64,000 nucleotides of DNA from Octopus vulgaris (GCA_951406725.2 OX597815.1:81840001-81904000), one strand, 5' to 3'; shown: positions 1-13,082, counted from the first letter of the stretch. Translations and numbers: made by a program. The notes: generated from the sequence alone by a model not told the origin.

Positions 1-328
1 GCATATATTCAGTCCACTGCTGAACGAATGCTTCCGTATGTTCTCTCCACCAGCCATGGTCTGTTTTCCTCATTCATGTTTGAATGTCAAAGAATTTAAC
101 TAAGTCTTCATTCCATCTTTTGCATGGGCTTCCTCTCTTTCTTTTTTCTGGACGTGGTGTCCACTCTGTCAGTTAGGTATTCCACCTAATGTCCTTCATT
201 CTAAACACATGTCCTACGAAAGACCATTTCAGTGTTTCTATTTTCCAGATAATATTCGTTAAATCTATTGCCACTCTTATCCTGTTGTTTCTCCACTTAC
301 CCATTTTGTTAATCTTCAGTATGATCTC
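1..328 (-). mobile_element. RTE-clade LINE, decayed ORF C-terminus
   Basis: Minus-strand translation LKWSFVGHVFRMKDIRWNT*LTEWTPRPEKRKRGSPCKRWNEDL...EAFVQQW matches the RTE C-terminal pattern (LKW.WAGH..R..D.RW...EW.PR..KR.RGRP..RW.DD); in-frame stop. Confidence 0.8.
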
Positions 329-339
329 AAATCCGATAT

Positions 340-770
340 AAGTATATTAGTTAATTAGTTAATTTTTGGCTCAAAAAGCAAAAAGCAAGGCCATGTAGGG
401 GGACATGGAGTTATGTACAGGCTGGTGTTCATGTAAAGAGTTCAAGCCACTTGTGGTCAAGAGAGACTTTGAACCGAGCGGTCGTCGGCATCTTCACCAT
501 CTCGTCCAGCAGCTTATTCCACGGATCCGCAACCCGGACGGAGAAAGCCCCTCTCCTTCGATTGAGATGAAATCGTCGCAGATAGAGCTTTTTGGAGTGA
601 CTCCGCAGCCGACGCTCTGGAGCAGGAGTGAAGAACAGCTCTTTCGAGAGGTTACACTTTCCGCTTATGATGTTGTGAGCAAGAATGAGATCACCACGGC
701 GTCGTCGTTTTTCTAGAGAATAAAGGTCGAGCGTCTTCAGCCTTTCTTCATCAGACAAATTCTTGAAACA
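340..770 (-). mobile_element. CR1-clade LINE 3' fragment (5'-truncated)
   Basis: ORF 429..797: EERLKTLDLYSLEKRRRRGDLI...HSKKL...FSVRVADPWNKL...FKVSLD is the typical CR1 ORF2 C-terminus, followed by a short 3' UTR with a (TAAT)-like tail near 345-365. Confidence 0.85.
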
Positions 771-799
771 TAAATATGAAACATAAATATGAAACATAA

Positions 800-2150
800 A
801 TAAACATAAATAAAACCACGCATAAGTGAAACCAATCCAACCACATGTATTTTCTTACATATACAATCCCTACCTGTCCATACTGCGCAGTAAAGAAGAC
901 GACAAGCTAACATTCTTCGCTATACCCCTTGTATGGCATTGTCTCAATATTGTGGCACTTGTGTGAGAGGATGTGTGATGTTCCAGCTCGTTTATTGATT
1001 CCTTTCATTCACCGTTCCAAAGACCAGTGCACACTTCCATATGCTCTTTTCGGTCGAAAAAATCTACGTCATTCCAAAGATCCGGCAAGTGTCTTCTAAC
1101 TGTATTTTGTGGGTATATGAAAGCTCGCTATATTGTGGGAAAGCCAGAAGTTTATATAATTCAGATATACTTACTTCATCAGTCTATCGACCTAGTTCAG
1201 ACACAGTGGATGCTCTTTTCTGTTTCTGAATCTACTACTTGGGTAAGAAAACACTATAATACATCCCTCTCATGTTATTCTTCATTTCTCTCTCTCTTTC
1301 TCGAAATCCGACTTGTATGCAATAAGTGATTTTGGTTAGCTGTCCTAGCGAAACTATTATCATTTTATGTGTCAAGATACGAATATAATTAGTTTTTTTT
1401 ACAATATGTCTATCTGTATAACTAATTTTTTGCTTGTATTTTATTTCAATATGTAGAATTTCTTTCTGGGTTTAAATGTTACTACCATTTTTAAAAGAAT
1501 CACCACCTATCGTCATCACAGCGTATGACATGTATTTTAATATCTAAGCGAAATTTGTCTGATGTCAAAACCCCGAAATGTAAAATCACAAGAAAAGTCT
1601 TCTATTCTCTCTGTATATTGGGCCAATTCAAATCCAGTACAACAATAAAAACGAATACATAAAACTAACATCCAATTCTTAAGGTAATTTTATATCTTTT
1701 CTGAAACACGCGAGTTCGTATTTGATACGTACTTTCAGCTCAGCTTGTGCGTGTGCACAGAGGTACAGACAGACAGACAGACACACACACATACACAATT
1801 TCTTTTACTAGCAACAAAAGCCGTCCCCAAGACACTTTCATTCATGCATCCCTTTATCCAAGACAAGCGGTAGAGTGAAGCAACAATGTAAATAACATAT
1901 GCTCTAATCTGGTCAAATATTTCCTGGAACAAGGTAGGATAATGTAGTGGTTCTATACAACCACTATGCCCGATCTCAGAGGAACAGTTTCATCTTGGCT
2001 AACATCTGAGTAAAACTAGCCGTCTGTTTACAAGTTGTTCCCAGTTTTTGTACACATGGATATCTGGTTTGAACTATACCCACAGAACTTTAACTAGGTT
2101 GTACATGTTATTCTGTAGTTCTTTCATAATGGTGTCGACCGCTTCGATTT
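800..2150 (-). mobile_element. Highly decayed LINE RT region, probably the upstream part of the RTE at 1-328
   Basis: Scattered frameshifted minus-strand peptides (IRCDDD, VRRHLPDLWN, LLYCAVWT) lie in the order expected for RTE RT (xADD, EV.RRI..W, L.YG.E.WT); weak. Confidence 0.35.
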
Positions 2151-2375
2151 TTATTGCGCACAATACCATGATGGTAATAGCATCCGCTTATGTAGACACG
2201 GATCAACTGAGTCCGAGCTGAACAGCATAACTCTGAACAGCATAAATCTGCAACGTCTGCGGAAATGAGTCAAGCGCCTCAACGTACAGAAGCGACAAGA
2301 AGTCGAAACACATCGTTGGCTGACCGAGCGCGCAATGAAAAACCGTTGATAATGCATTTCGATAGCGACACCGAT

Positions 2376-2546
2376 CACCACCAACACCCATCGCAACATC
2401 AACAACAACCACTACTACGGCGACAACGACACCACCAAGCTATACCACAACGACAACGACAACGACGCCACAAGCACTACCACAACGACGGCTACGACGA
2501 CGACGACGACGACCACCACCACCACCACCACCACCACCACCACTAC

Positions 2547-2623
<77 letters not shown>

Positions 2624-2632
2624 GCCACTACT
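2376..2632. repeat. Compound trinucleotide microsatellite (CAA/CGA/CAC/CTA)n
   Basis: Seen directly; explains the poly-H/L/V ORFs. Confidence 0.95.
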
Positions 2633-2982
2633 AGATCTAGTCAGTGAAACAAAAGCCGTGTCATGTTTAGTGTTCAAGGTTGCATAGTTGAAATAGTTTG
2701 AGAGAACAAGATCTGTGTGTCCGAGGTGTGTTAATCTTGGCGCTCGCGTTACAATACTATTGTACATCCATTCAATGAGGTAAAATATATTATCAATTTC
2801 AATCAGAGGCTTTGCCGGACTGATGTGTAACCCACCATCACCACCACCAAAAAAAGCCCCATTTCATTGTCTTTGCTTGTCCTATCATTTTGGTTATTTC
2901 AGTGAGTTATTTATTTTGTCGAACTATTTCTATCGATTCAGCTCTACACCGATGTTGTTTTCTCATACAATAAACCCAGATC

Positions 2983-3140
2983 CTTTTCTACTCTAGGCAC
3001 AATGCCTGAAATCTTTTGGAGAAGGGGCCAATCGATTAGATCCACCCATTACGCAGCTGGTACTTAATTTATCGACCCCGAAAGGATGAAAGGCAAAGTC
3101 GACCTCGGCGGAATTTGAACGCAGAACGTAGGCAGGCGAC
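2983..3140 (-). mobile_element. SINE family A (tRNA head + central domain gtcgactttgcctttcatcctttcggggtcgataaattaagtaccag), 5'-truncated
   Basis: Same sequence recurs more than 15 times in the window; B-box-like gttcaaattcc. The central domain resembles the MetaSINE domain (from recall, unverified). Confidence 0.85.
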
Positions 3141-3186
3141 AATAAACACAGATTGAATTATAAGTTAGTGAGCGTTTGTGTTTACT

Positions 3187-3810
3187 GAGTGGCTGTATGG
3201 TAAGAAGTCTGCTTCCCAACCACATGGTTCTGGGTTCCGTCCCACTGCGTGACACCTTCGGCAAGTGTCATCTATAATGTCCCTGGGCCGACCAAATCCT
3301 TGTGAGTGCATTTGGTAAATGGAAACTGAAAGAAGCCCGTTGTATATATTCTTTATTGTTTTATTCTTTTACTTGTTTCAGACATTTGACTGCGGCCACA
3401 CTGGTGCACCGCCTTAAAGGGTTTTAGTCGAAGAAATCGGCCCCAAGACTTATTTTTTGTAAGCCTAGTACTAATTCTATCGTTTTTTATTGCCGAACCA
3501 CTAAGTTACGGGGATATAAACTCACAGCATCGGTTGTCAAGCGATAGTGAGAGGACAAACACAGACACACACACATATAAAACGCCCCACCACATGCACA
3601 TATCTTTGTGTGTGTATCTTTGTGTTTGTGCTTGTCCCTCACCGCCGACTAACAACCGTTATTGGCTTCTTTACATCTCCGTAGCTTAGCAGTTCAGCAA
3701 AAGAACCTGACAGAATACGTAAAAGGCTTTAAAAAATTAGTACTGGGGTTGATTTGTTAGATTAAATCCCCTTCAAGGCGATGCTGTAGTCTAAAATAAA
3801 AGATAAAAGA
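3187..3810 (+). mobile_element. SINE family B (tRNA head, CORE-like caccttgggcaagtg, internal microsatellite), split by an opposite-strand copy
   Basis: Head gagtggctgtatggtaagaag...gggttccgtcccactgcgtg at 3187-3345; tail half resumes at about 3600-3810; homologous to 4698-5082. Confidence 0.8.
3362..3575 (-). mobile_element. SINE family B 3' half nested in the microsatellite of another copy
   Basis: Reverse complement of the family B tail (cttttacttgtttcag...ttgactgcggcc...ctaagttacgggg...gcatcggttgtcaagcg). Confidence 0.8.
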
Positions 3811-4697
3811 TTACGTAATGTAGACTATAAATTAAAATCTGACGCTCTCTGAATCTTCAATCTGAGTTTCACGGCGTCATTTATGAAAACAACCGAAGAA
3901 AAGAAGCAGCGTGACAATATATAAAGATCAATATGTGGAAATATCAGTTATAAAAATTTCAATTGTAACCTAGAAAAAAGCTAAAAAATTGAAAAAACGC
4001 GTCAGACATTCTACTAACCCGTAACGCAGATTACGTGACTTATTTATTTACTCACATAAAAATATAAAACCACTAGTGACATTTTGATGTCTTCAATGTC
4101 ATATTAGTAAAACGCACAATAAGGAAGATTACTATTGTTAAGGCGTTTTAGTGCTGACAAATAACTAATTTTATTTTACATGTTTCAGTCACTGGAATGC
4201 GGCCATGTTGGGGCGCCATCTTGAAAGGATTAGTCAGACAAATTGACCCAGCTCTTATTTTAAAGCTACACTGCTTAGCTTTATAATAAACGTGGGAATC
4301 ACGAAGAAATATTCGAAATATTTTAACTGTGTTTACGTAGGTACATACATACATACATACACACATATACACACATATACTTACACACACACACATACAC
4401 ACACACACATAAATATATATACATATGTTGATTGCTCGAAATGGGGAGTTGATACACAGCTGACAACTGATGAAAGGTCGTTCTTTATATTACTTGTGCC
4501 TTTTGTTCTCTCGTTATTTGCGTGTTTAACTCATTTGTTTTCGTATTTCTTGTTGTTCACTGTTGGTGACGTCCTTTACCCATATATGCATATATATATT
4601 ATTTGTATTATATATACATACATATATATATATATTGTATACATACACACATATATATATACATTTACATACATATATATTACACGCACACACATAT

Positions 4698-4848
4698 AGG
4701 TGCAAGTGTGGCTGTGTGGTAAGAAGCTTGCTTCCCACCTACATGATTTTGGGTTCAATCCCACTGCGTGGCATCTTGGGGAAGTGGCTTCTATATTCTC
4801 GGTCCTTATTAGTGGATTTGGAAGACTGAAACCGAAAGAAGCCCATCG

Positions 4849-4880
<32 letters not shown>

Positions 4881-5082
4881 TCTGTATCTGTCTTCCCACC
4901 ATCGCTTGACAACCGATGTTGGCATGTTTACGTTCCGTAACCTAGTGGTACGGCAAAAGAAACAGATAGAATAAGTACCAGGCAAACAAAGAATAAGTCC
5001 TGGGGTCGATTTCTTCGTCTGCAGCCATGCTCCAGAATGGCCGCAGTTAAATGACTGAAACGAATAAAAGAATTAAAAAAGA
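4698..5082 (+). mobile_element. SINE family B, near full length
   Basis: tggctgtgtggtaagaag A-box region, ggttcaatccc B-box, internal (TA)n, tail atggccgcagttaaatgactgaaac. Confidence 0.85.
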
Positions 5083-5106
5083 ATACATATATGAATGTAT
5101 ATTTGA

Positions 5107-5166
<60 letters not shown>

Positions 5167-5264
5167 TTATATTGCATTATTTAGCATTGTTAATGAATTT
5201 ATATCAATGTATTTGTACTTAATTATAATATAGATGTATAGATATATATGTATGTGTACATGTA

Positions 5265-5305
<41 letters not shown>

Positions 5306-5443
5306 CGGAGATGTACTCGCATAGCAAGTAATTTGATCTGAGATCGTGTGCTGAAACGAAAGCAATTGCAGCGTGGAAGGTATTTATAAGCCATTTAAGA
5401 AACACACAAAAGCCGTTCGATTCACTTCAACATTTAAGTTTAA

Positions 5444-5493
5444 TTTGTCAAAATATTTTCGTCGCTAAAATCCGCGACCTGTTCACTGACAAA
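5444..5493 (-). ncRNA. Minimal type-I hammerhead ribozyme fold, G3:C8 core variant
   Basis: Reverse complement tttgtca GTGAACA g gtcgc ggatttta gcgac GAAA atat TT tgacaaa: 7-bp stem I, 5-bp stem II, palindromic aatatt stem III. Confidence 0.7.
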
Positions 5494-5575
5494 AATCTGT
5501 GCTGCATCTCGCTAAAATCCGCGACCTGTTCACTGACAAAAAACCGTGCTGCATCTCCGAGATGCAGCACGGACT

Positions 5576-5625
5576 TTTGTCAGTGAACAGGTCGCGGATT
5601 TTAGCGACGAAAATATTTTGACAAA
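5576..5625 (+). ncRNA. Minimal type-I hammerhead ribozyme fold, G3:C8 core variant
   Basis: tttgtca GTGAACA g gtcgc ggatttta gcgac GAAA atat TT tgacaaa, identical to the minus-strand copy. Confidence 0.7.
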
Positions 5626-5702
5626 TTAAACTTAAATGTTGAAGTGAATCGAACGACTTTTGTGTGTTTCTTAAATGGCTTATAAACACCTTCCACGCTG
5701 CA

Positions 5703-5741
<39 letters not shown>

Positions 5742-6119
5742 GTATGCATGTATGTATATATGTATGCATACACACCTACACACACAAATATCCTCCTCTT
5801 CCTGATTACGTTACTGCAGTCGACCTTGCTTTTGCTCATACTATTTCCTTCCCCACTCTTGTTTTTCCCGGCCATGTTTCTAATCCTTTATAGTCTCTCA
5901 GTAAATGATAGCCAGAATATGAATAGGATAAGCACCGGGGCCCCAGTTCCAATGGTATGTAACCTATATAATATGGTTGTCAAGCAAATGCCATTAGTAA
6001 TCTTTTCGACCCTATTATTTATTTTGAGTAAGCTGAGTTGACTAATGAAGACAATTCTATAGATACCGTTACCTTACATATTAACAGGTAGCAGAAATGA
6101 TGAATGATAAACGACCGAA

Positions 6120-6146
6120 TTATTATTGTTATATTGTTACTCTTGC

Positions 6147-6212
<66 letters not shown>

Positions 6213-6291
6213 TATTATTGTTCTTGTTGTTGTTATTTTTTATTATTATTATCATTATTATTATTATTATTATTATTATTTATTATTATTA

Positions 6292-6347
<56 letters not shown>

Positions 6348-6353
6348 GTTATT

Positions 6354-6394
<41 letters not shown>

Positions 6395-6472
6395 TCCTCT
6401 TCTTATCATCACCGTTGTCATTATCATTATTAATACAGTTGTTTTCTTGATACAGCAACAACAACAACAACA

Positions 6473-6519
<47 letters not shown>

Positions 6520-6575
6520 CTTACTACTACTACTAATACTAAGTAGTAGTAGTAGTATTAGTAGTAGTAGTAGTA
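6120..6575. repeat. Compound microsatellite (ATT)n/(CAT)n/(CAA)n/(CTA)n/(TAG)n
   Basis: Seen directly. Confidence 0.95.
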
Positions 6576-6829
6576 GATCGTTTTGACACTTGGGGGTAAC
6601 TTTGGTGCAGTTGTGTATGAAATGTTGTGAATGTACCCCTTAATAAACAACGTCCACCTAGAGATAAATTGGTCGTTGTGTAGATGATAGCTGAGTTGTT
6701 GGTGAAGGTCGAATATAGTCCGACACCTGATACAATTATGTAGCTAGCTGCCAAATTTACTCACTTTTAGTAGATAAAGCAGTCACCTTGTCCCCTCAAA
6801 GAAAATTAAATGCAAAATAATATACTTAT

Positions 6830-7296
6830 ATCTTTTATCTTTTGCTCGTATTAGCCATTGGAATGTGGCCATGTTGGGGCACAGTCTTGAAGGGTTTTTA
6901 GCCAGAAAATTATTCCCAGGTCTTATTTATTTTAAAGCATGGTACTTACTTGTTCTAACGTATCTTTATCAGAACCGCTAAGTTAAAGCGACGTAAAGAA
7001 ACCAACACCGTTTGTCAAGCTGTGGTGGGGAACAAACACAAAGACACACACACATTGATACTCACACGCGCGCACACACACATACACTCATGCATACATG
7101 TACAATACATGTATACATACATACACACATGTTTACGGTGGTTTTCTTTCACTTTCCGTCAATCAAATCCGCGCACAAGGCTTTTGCACCCCGGGGCTAT
7201 AGTAGAAGACACTCGCCCAAAGTGCTACGTAGTGGGACTGAACCCAGAACTATGTGGTTGGAGAAAAAATTTCTTACCACTCAGCCGCTCCTGCAC
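6830..7296 (-). mobile_element. SINE family B, diverged full-length copy
   Basis: gggactgaacccagaactatgtggttg...cttaccactcagccgctcctgcacc is the reverse complement of the family B head; tail at about 6830-7030. Confidence 0.8.
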
Positions 7297-8640
7297 CTGA
7301 TTACATATTTTTTCATATCTCTTATAATTCGTATCAGTCACAGAATACTCCACTGAAAATGAATGCCAAGCTGATGCCAACAGAGTTAAACCTCCAGCAA
7401 CTGCGTCAAGGGTGACGAAGCCGAGTGGATGTCTACGTCTGCTTTTGATTACACAAGCAGTCATAATAATAAGCGAATGCATGGTACTTGTTACCAAGTA
7501 TTACTCTCTCACCAGTGACGGTTGGCTGTACTGTAACTACCTGAACATTCAATTTAAGCTGATCCCTTACAAATCAATTAATTTCGTGTTCCCAGTGAGC
7601 CGATTTTTTTTCTATGGATTAAAGTCATAGATGGTTCCAATTAGTCATCGAAAATTTCTAGATTGTTGTGACACTCTTGTGTCAGGTGACAAAATCATTT
7701 ACGAACTCGTCCAGCTCTAAAAGAAAATTTTAGTTACTCACCTCAAAAGCTGTAAAGTAATACAATGCACAGCTTTCTGGGCAAAACTGAACAGCAAGAG
7801 ATTATCTAACGTGACTGTTTACTCTTTGCAGATCTAGGGCAGCGGGTGAGTGAGTGATCGAGATATGAGCTGCGGGATATGAGTGTGGTTACTTAGGATC
7901 AGAAAACCCACTTGCCTGTCTATCCATCCATCCATCCATTCAGGTAAATAAAATGAAATAAGATAAAATAAAAGTTGACACAGAAAAAAAAAATTGATAA
8001 AAATCCCATCTGGTGGAGCCCCAACACTACTCAACGCAATATATAATTGATTACGTGTAATTTCCTATTGTGAAATCGAGAGATTGAGGTAGAAAACGTG
8101 TTAGAACGCTGCCGTTGCATCGCTTGCTTAGCTTTATGAAATTACATGTTCTTTATTTAGGATAAACTGCTCGATGATAAAGTGAATTTTAAAAATTGTC
8201 TGTAAGAAAATAATCATTCTACAATATTTTCAGAAATGGCTGAATGGAGGAAATTGAAGTGGACATGGCTCGTGATTTTTTTAAGTTACACTTGTATAAG
8301 CTGAGATACCGAAATAGAAACAGTGATAGATACGTAGATACATAGACACGGTCCATTTTGTATTGTGAAGAAAGCAACTTGTTAGAATTTTACAGAGAAA
8401 AGCAAATATCAGTTTCGTAAATTTTCTTGCGAGAAATTCGAGGAATGGAGATTCACCATTTTCTTTCTATTTTGTAATACACTTTAAAAGAAGTGATAAC
8501 TTATTGCCTCTACAAATCGTATTATGAAATATATATATATATGAGTCTATGTACATACATACATGTTTTGAATGTCGTACTGAATAAAGACTAGTGTTAA
8601 ATCTATCTTCCGTTTCCTTCTTCAGTTATATATATATAAT

Positions 8641-9381
8641 CTGACGATCTACAGATAAAATTACGTAATTTATTGATAGTGAAACAATTGTTTGTGATTA
8701 ATCTATATTTTTGTTATTTTTCATTTGTCTTGCTCGCTTACGTTTCTGGTGTGCTAAATTTTCTGGAGAACAATTCTTAGTGGTTGAGACCATAGCGGAT
8801 CTTTTTCTAGCGTAAGGGTTTCCACATAGTGGTTCCTCTCTTATATTTATGTATAAAGTACTATTTACTGAATCTCAGTTTTTTTATATGCTAGACCACT
8901 GGTGTTAAATTGATGTTATAAAATTAATATCCAATTTTTCACCCTCATTTTGATTTTAATTTTAAATTGATACGTTCTCAAACCGGCGAAAACTACTGCA
9001 GTGAATTATTTATGCAGTATTTATTTCCGGTAATTTAGCGCGCCTAAACGAAGGCTTTTGAAAATAACCGCAGATATAATAGGTGGAACAACATGCATTT
9101 TCGACCTCGTGTTGATATCTGGCGTGTAGTTCTACAAATTATATCTTGCAAAGAGGATCACACTGACGATCTACACATAAGTTGTGTAAGTAAAATTACG
9201 TAATTTATTGATAGTGAAACAATTGTTTGTGATTAATCTATACTTTTGTTATTTTTCATTTGTCTTGCTCGCTTACGTTTCTGGAGTGCTAAATTTTCTG
9301 GAGAACAATTCTTAGTAGTTGAGACCATAGCGGATCTTTTTCTAGCGTAAGGGTTTCCACATAGTGGTTACAGCTTATATT

Positions 9382-9390
<9 letters not shown>
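8641..9390 (+). mobile_element. Partial-tandem hammerhead element (Penelope-like pLTR repeat or retrozyme-like), about 1.4 units
   Basis: Direct repeat of about 200 bp at 8641-8850 and 9163-9390 (offset 522 bp); each copy begins with CTGACGA...GAAAcaattgTT; flanked by (TA)n. Confidence 0.7.
9156..9234 (+). ncRNA. Minimal type-I hammerhead ribozyme fold with extended stem II
   Basis: atcaca CTGACGA tcta...(aaattacgtaattt hairpin)...tagt GAAA caattg TT tgtgat: stem I atcaca/tgtgat, palindromic stem III, GUU triplet; U.U mismatch at the base of stem II. Confidence 0.7.
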
Positions 9391-9430
<40 letters not shown>

Positions 9431-9436
<6 letters not shown>

Positions 9437-9833
9437 ATATGTTTCAACCAAAGATTGGTCCGGGCCATGTCTAACTTAATAGCACCACCTAATAAAGTTA
9501 TCTAAATCCTTTTAAAGTCAAGTTTTGTGGTATCATGGTCCATTCAAGTAGTGATTTCTTGTTGAGTGAGTTGTATCCAGGTATGGGCGGCTTATCTGGT
9601 ATTCCTTGAAGAAATTTGTCCAGACTCCGTTTAAAGGTGATGAAATCCTTTTCCTCTCCTCTTTGATCTCTTTCGGAACAATGTTAAACAGGACAGGGCC
9701 TGTTGAGGAAAAGAAATTGTGTCGCAGTGTACCTATATGTTGTGATCCTGAATTGGACAGGGAACGTATGGCCCGTGGTCCCAGTCTTGGATGAACTTTG
9801 AAGCTAATGTTCAGGTCGTTTGAGGAATGCTAG
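9431..9833 (-). mobile_element. CR1-clade LINE 3' fragment (second subfamily)
   Basis: Minus-strand peptides HNFFSSTGPVLFNIVPKEIK and FKRSLDKFLQGIPDKPPIPGY match an invertebrate CR1 ORF2 C-terminus; one frameshift. Confidence 0.8.
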
Positions 9834-10379
9834 CGGTCGTACAAATGATGTACAGATCGCGGTGGTGCTGGAGAGAGTGGGTTCGACTCGCACGTGGATA
9901 GGAAAGCCTTGTATTTTTTCTGCCGAAGGCTTATATGCCCCATTATTAGTCTATTTTCCTTAGTCATTCATTGCACGGTCATCGCCATAAGCTTTAAGCA
10001 TATTTAAAAATACCATTATTATTATTTACAGGATTGCAAACACTACACCGTATAAAAAAACCATTCGCCCCGAAATATATCTATATATATCTATATATAT
10101 GAATATATGTACACAAATTCACACATACCATATAAGTCATTGTTTTCACATTATATATAGAAATACCATGCTTAATAGTTGATGTCGCGGGTGGGTGAAC
10201 GGAAGTATAATGGCTGGTATAGCGGTTGTGGCGGTAGTGGTGGTTGGAGTAATAAACTTGAAGGTTGTAGGCGTATTCAAATGGGATGGGATACGATGGT
10301 TTTATGAAGTGGTCAATGCTGCTGGGTGAGGAAGGTTTTTTTAAAAAACAAACAAACGAGTAACAGCTGACAGTTATAA

Positions 10380-10445
<66 letters not shown>

Positions 10446-10922
10446 CTTGTTAGGGTGTAACCGCTTTTCTAAAAATGATGATGATGATAGCAGCTGTTAT
10501 AATAGGTTTGACAGTAGAGCACAAAAATCCTTCAACTTACTTAATCCCTCATCCCACTTGCTGTTGTTGTTGATACTGTCTTTAAATGATGTTGTAAATA
10601 CACCTGTGAACGAGTGAGTGTGTGTGTGTGTCTGTGTGTGTACGTGTGTGTGTATGTGTGCATGTGTGCGTGTATGAGAGAGAGATGGTGAAATGAGGCA
10701 GAAACAGACATATAATAGTAACTATCCGTATTTCGTTGCTATGACTACTTTCCTACTCAAATTCTTATTTTCTTTCTTTTTTGTAACATTTTTCTCGCCT
10801 GTAATGCTAACCTATCAACCTTCTTGGGCCACAACGAACGATACGATCCGCAACCTACGTCTAGTTCATCATCCTGGCTGTTGTTAACCATTCAAGGACA
10901 CACGCACACACTCACACACACA

Positions 10923-10998
<76 letters not shown>

Positions 10999-11659
10999 CA
11001 CAGTGAGTCATTATGCAGTCGTTTGACCTGCTAGACATGGGGGTCAAATCGTCGCCCCACTCTTCTCTCTAATCATATGTTGCTCCCTCAGAAGATATGC
11101 TTTATCTGAGAAAACCCCCCCCCCCCCCCCAAAAAAAAAACAAAAAGAACGAGATGGTCGCAATTTGAATATCAATGATCAAACTATGTTTGGTTAGAGA
11201 TGGCCTGATGCTTTGCAAGAACACCACCCAAGAATAAAAGTGGACACGGAGGATGAAGAACGCAGCGGGTAGAGTTCCTCTATTTTTTCTAGTTCCCTTT
11301 CCAATCTTAGTATTACGTACCTTTGCGTGCCCTGCTTCCAAAACACCCATTTCTGTCATGGACTCAACATCACACGCACAACCACACAACACACACGCAC
11401 ACGTACATACAATAGCTCACGAATTTAAGGAACCATTAATGGAAAAAAAAAATAGTAGAGAACCTAAGTGACTAGCTGCGAGGCCAACAGTTCGTACCCG
11501 TTACCATGCTGATGACATGCATCCGTGCTAAAGGTATCTAAATATCAATGCACTTATCAACTTTGATAAGTGCATTGGCACGCACGAATCTCAAGGCCCT
11601 TGAGTCACCGTAGCTCCTCGGACAATAAAACATACACACATTTTATGCACGTATCCGTA

Positions 11660-11870
<211 letters not shown>

Positions 11871-12542
11871 GAGATAAGCGTATAATTAGCATGAATCTGT
11901 AGATCTTCAAGTCACCGTAGCTCTCCGGTTAAAAGCGCGCGCACACGCACGCGCACACACACACACACACACACACAGACACACACACACCGGAGTATCT
12001 CTTTCTATAAACACTTACATCCCTATTCATACTTACATAGGTCTCCCACAAGTCAATGCAATATAGTTAATATACTTATCTATGAATATTAGGTGCTTAT
12101 CATTCCTAGAGACTGTCACAATAGGATATCGCATACTGATATCTTTTTTACAGAATGATATTTCTTCCTTCAATTCTCTTCATACGTTTCATAGGCAATT
12201 TTCGCTTATTCATTGAACAACAATGCAATATGCCTTTTTACTATATTAAATAGAATATATGCACGCGCACGCACGCACACACACACACGCGCACATACAC
12301 ACACACACACACACACATTTATAATGCATGGAATATACCCAATATAAATCTGTGAAGGCCATAGTTTAAATGAGAAATGAATGCATAATTATGTAGAGTG
12401 TATTCTTTATTGTGATAGATAAGGCCCACGGAGAGCGTATCTGCGCTTTTCGCAGGGCCTATCTCTAACACAGAGTAAAAGGTCTATGGCTTACAGTCTA
12501 AAATATATAAAATATGTTCATATACATATATGTATCTACATG

Positions 12543-12602
<60 letters not shown>

Positions 12603-13082
12603 TTATATATATATATATATATAATGCATGTATTATATATATATACACCCACACACACATATAATGAACACATGCATGTGTAAAATCGAAAATTTACTTG
12701 GAGTTTTTAGGAAGATTAATTTACATTAAATTTATCGGTTCAAGGTTTCCAGTTCAACCTGGTTATGGTCCAAATTGCCATAAACTAAGATAGGGTGTGA
12801 CTGGTTGAATATAGTTATAGATAAAACACAGAATATAGTTCGTTCCCCACGCTGCCTGTATGTTAAGTCACAACACCGTAGGAACAGCTTTGTTACTTCA
12901 TCGAGTGCATCATGTAAGAGTATGAACCACAGCTGCGCAATGCGACTTTATCCAAAGATCATGTGGCAGTATGGATGATAATTTCGCCAAATGTCATGAC
13001 TGTGTCATGTGTATTATCGTGTATATGGCTACGTGTTTGTATGAGAAAGTGGGAATAACAATAGTGTAATATTTTGGCGGTG

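Larger units (their letters stand above)
5303..5706. mobile_element. Palindromic hammerhead-bearing element (Penelope-like pLTR inverted pair) between (TA)n tracts
   Basis: Near-perfect inverted arms 5363-5557 / 5559-5706 centred on gcatctc-c-gagatgc; 47-bp tandem duplication in the left arm (5464-5510, 5511-5557); (TA)n on both sides. Confidence 0.75.

Noticed and set aside
4425-4590. CTGATGA in a repeat-like segment
   Set aside because: No stem II followed by GAAA could be fitted.
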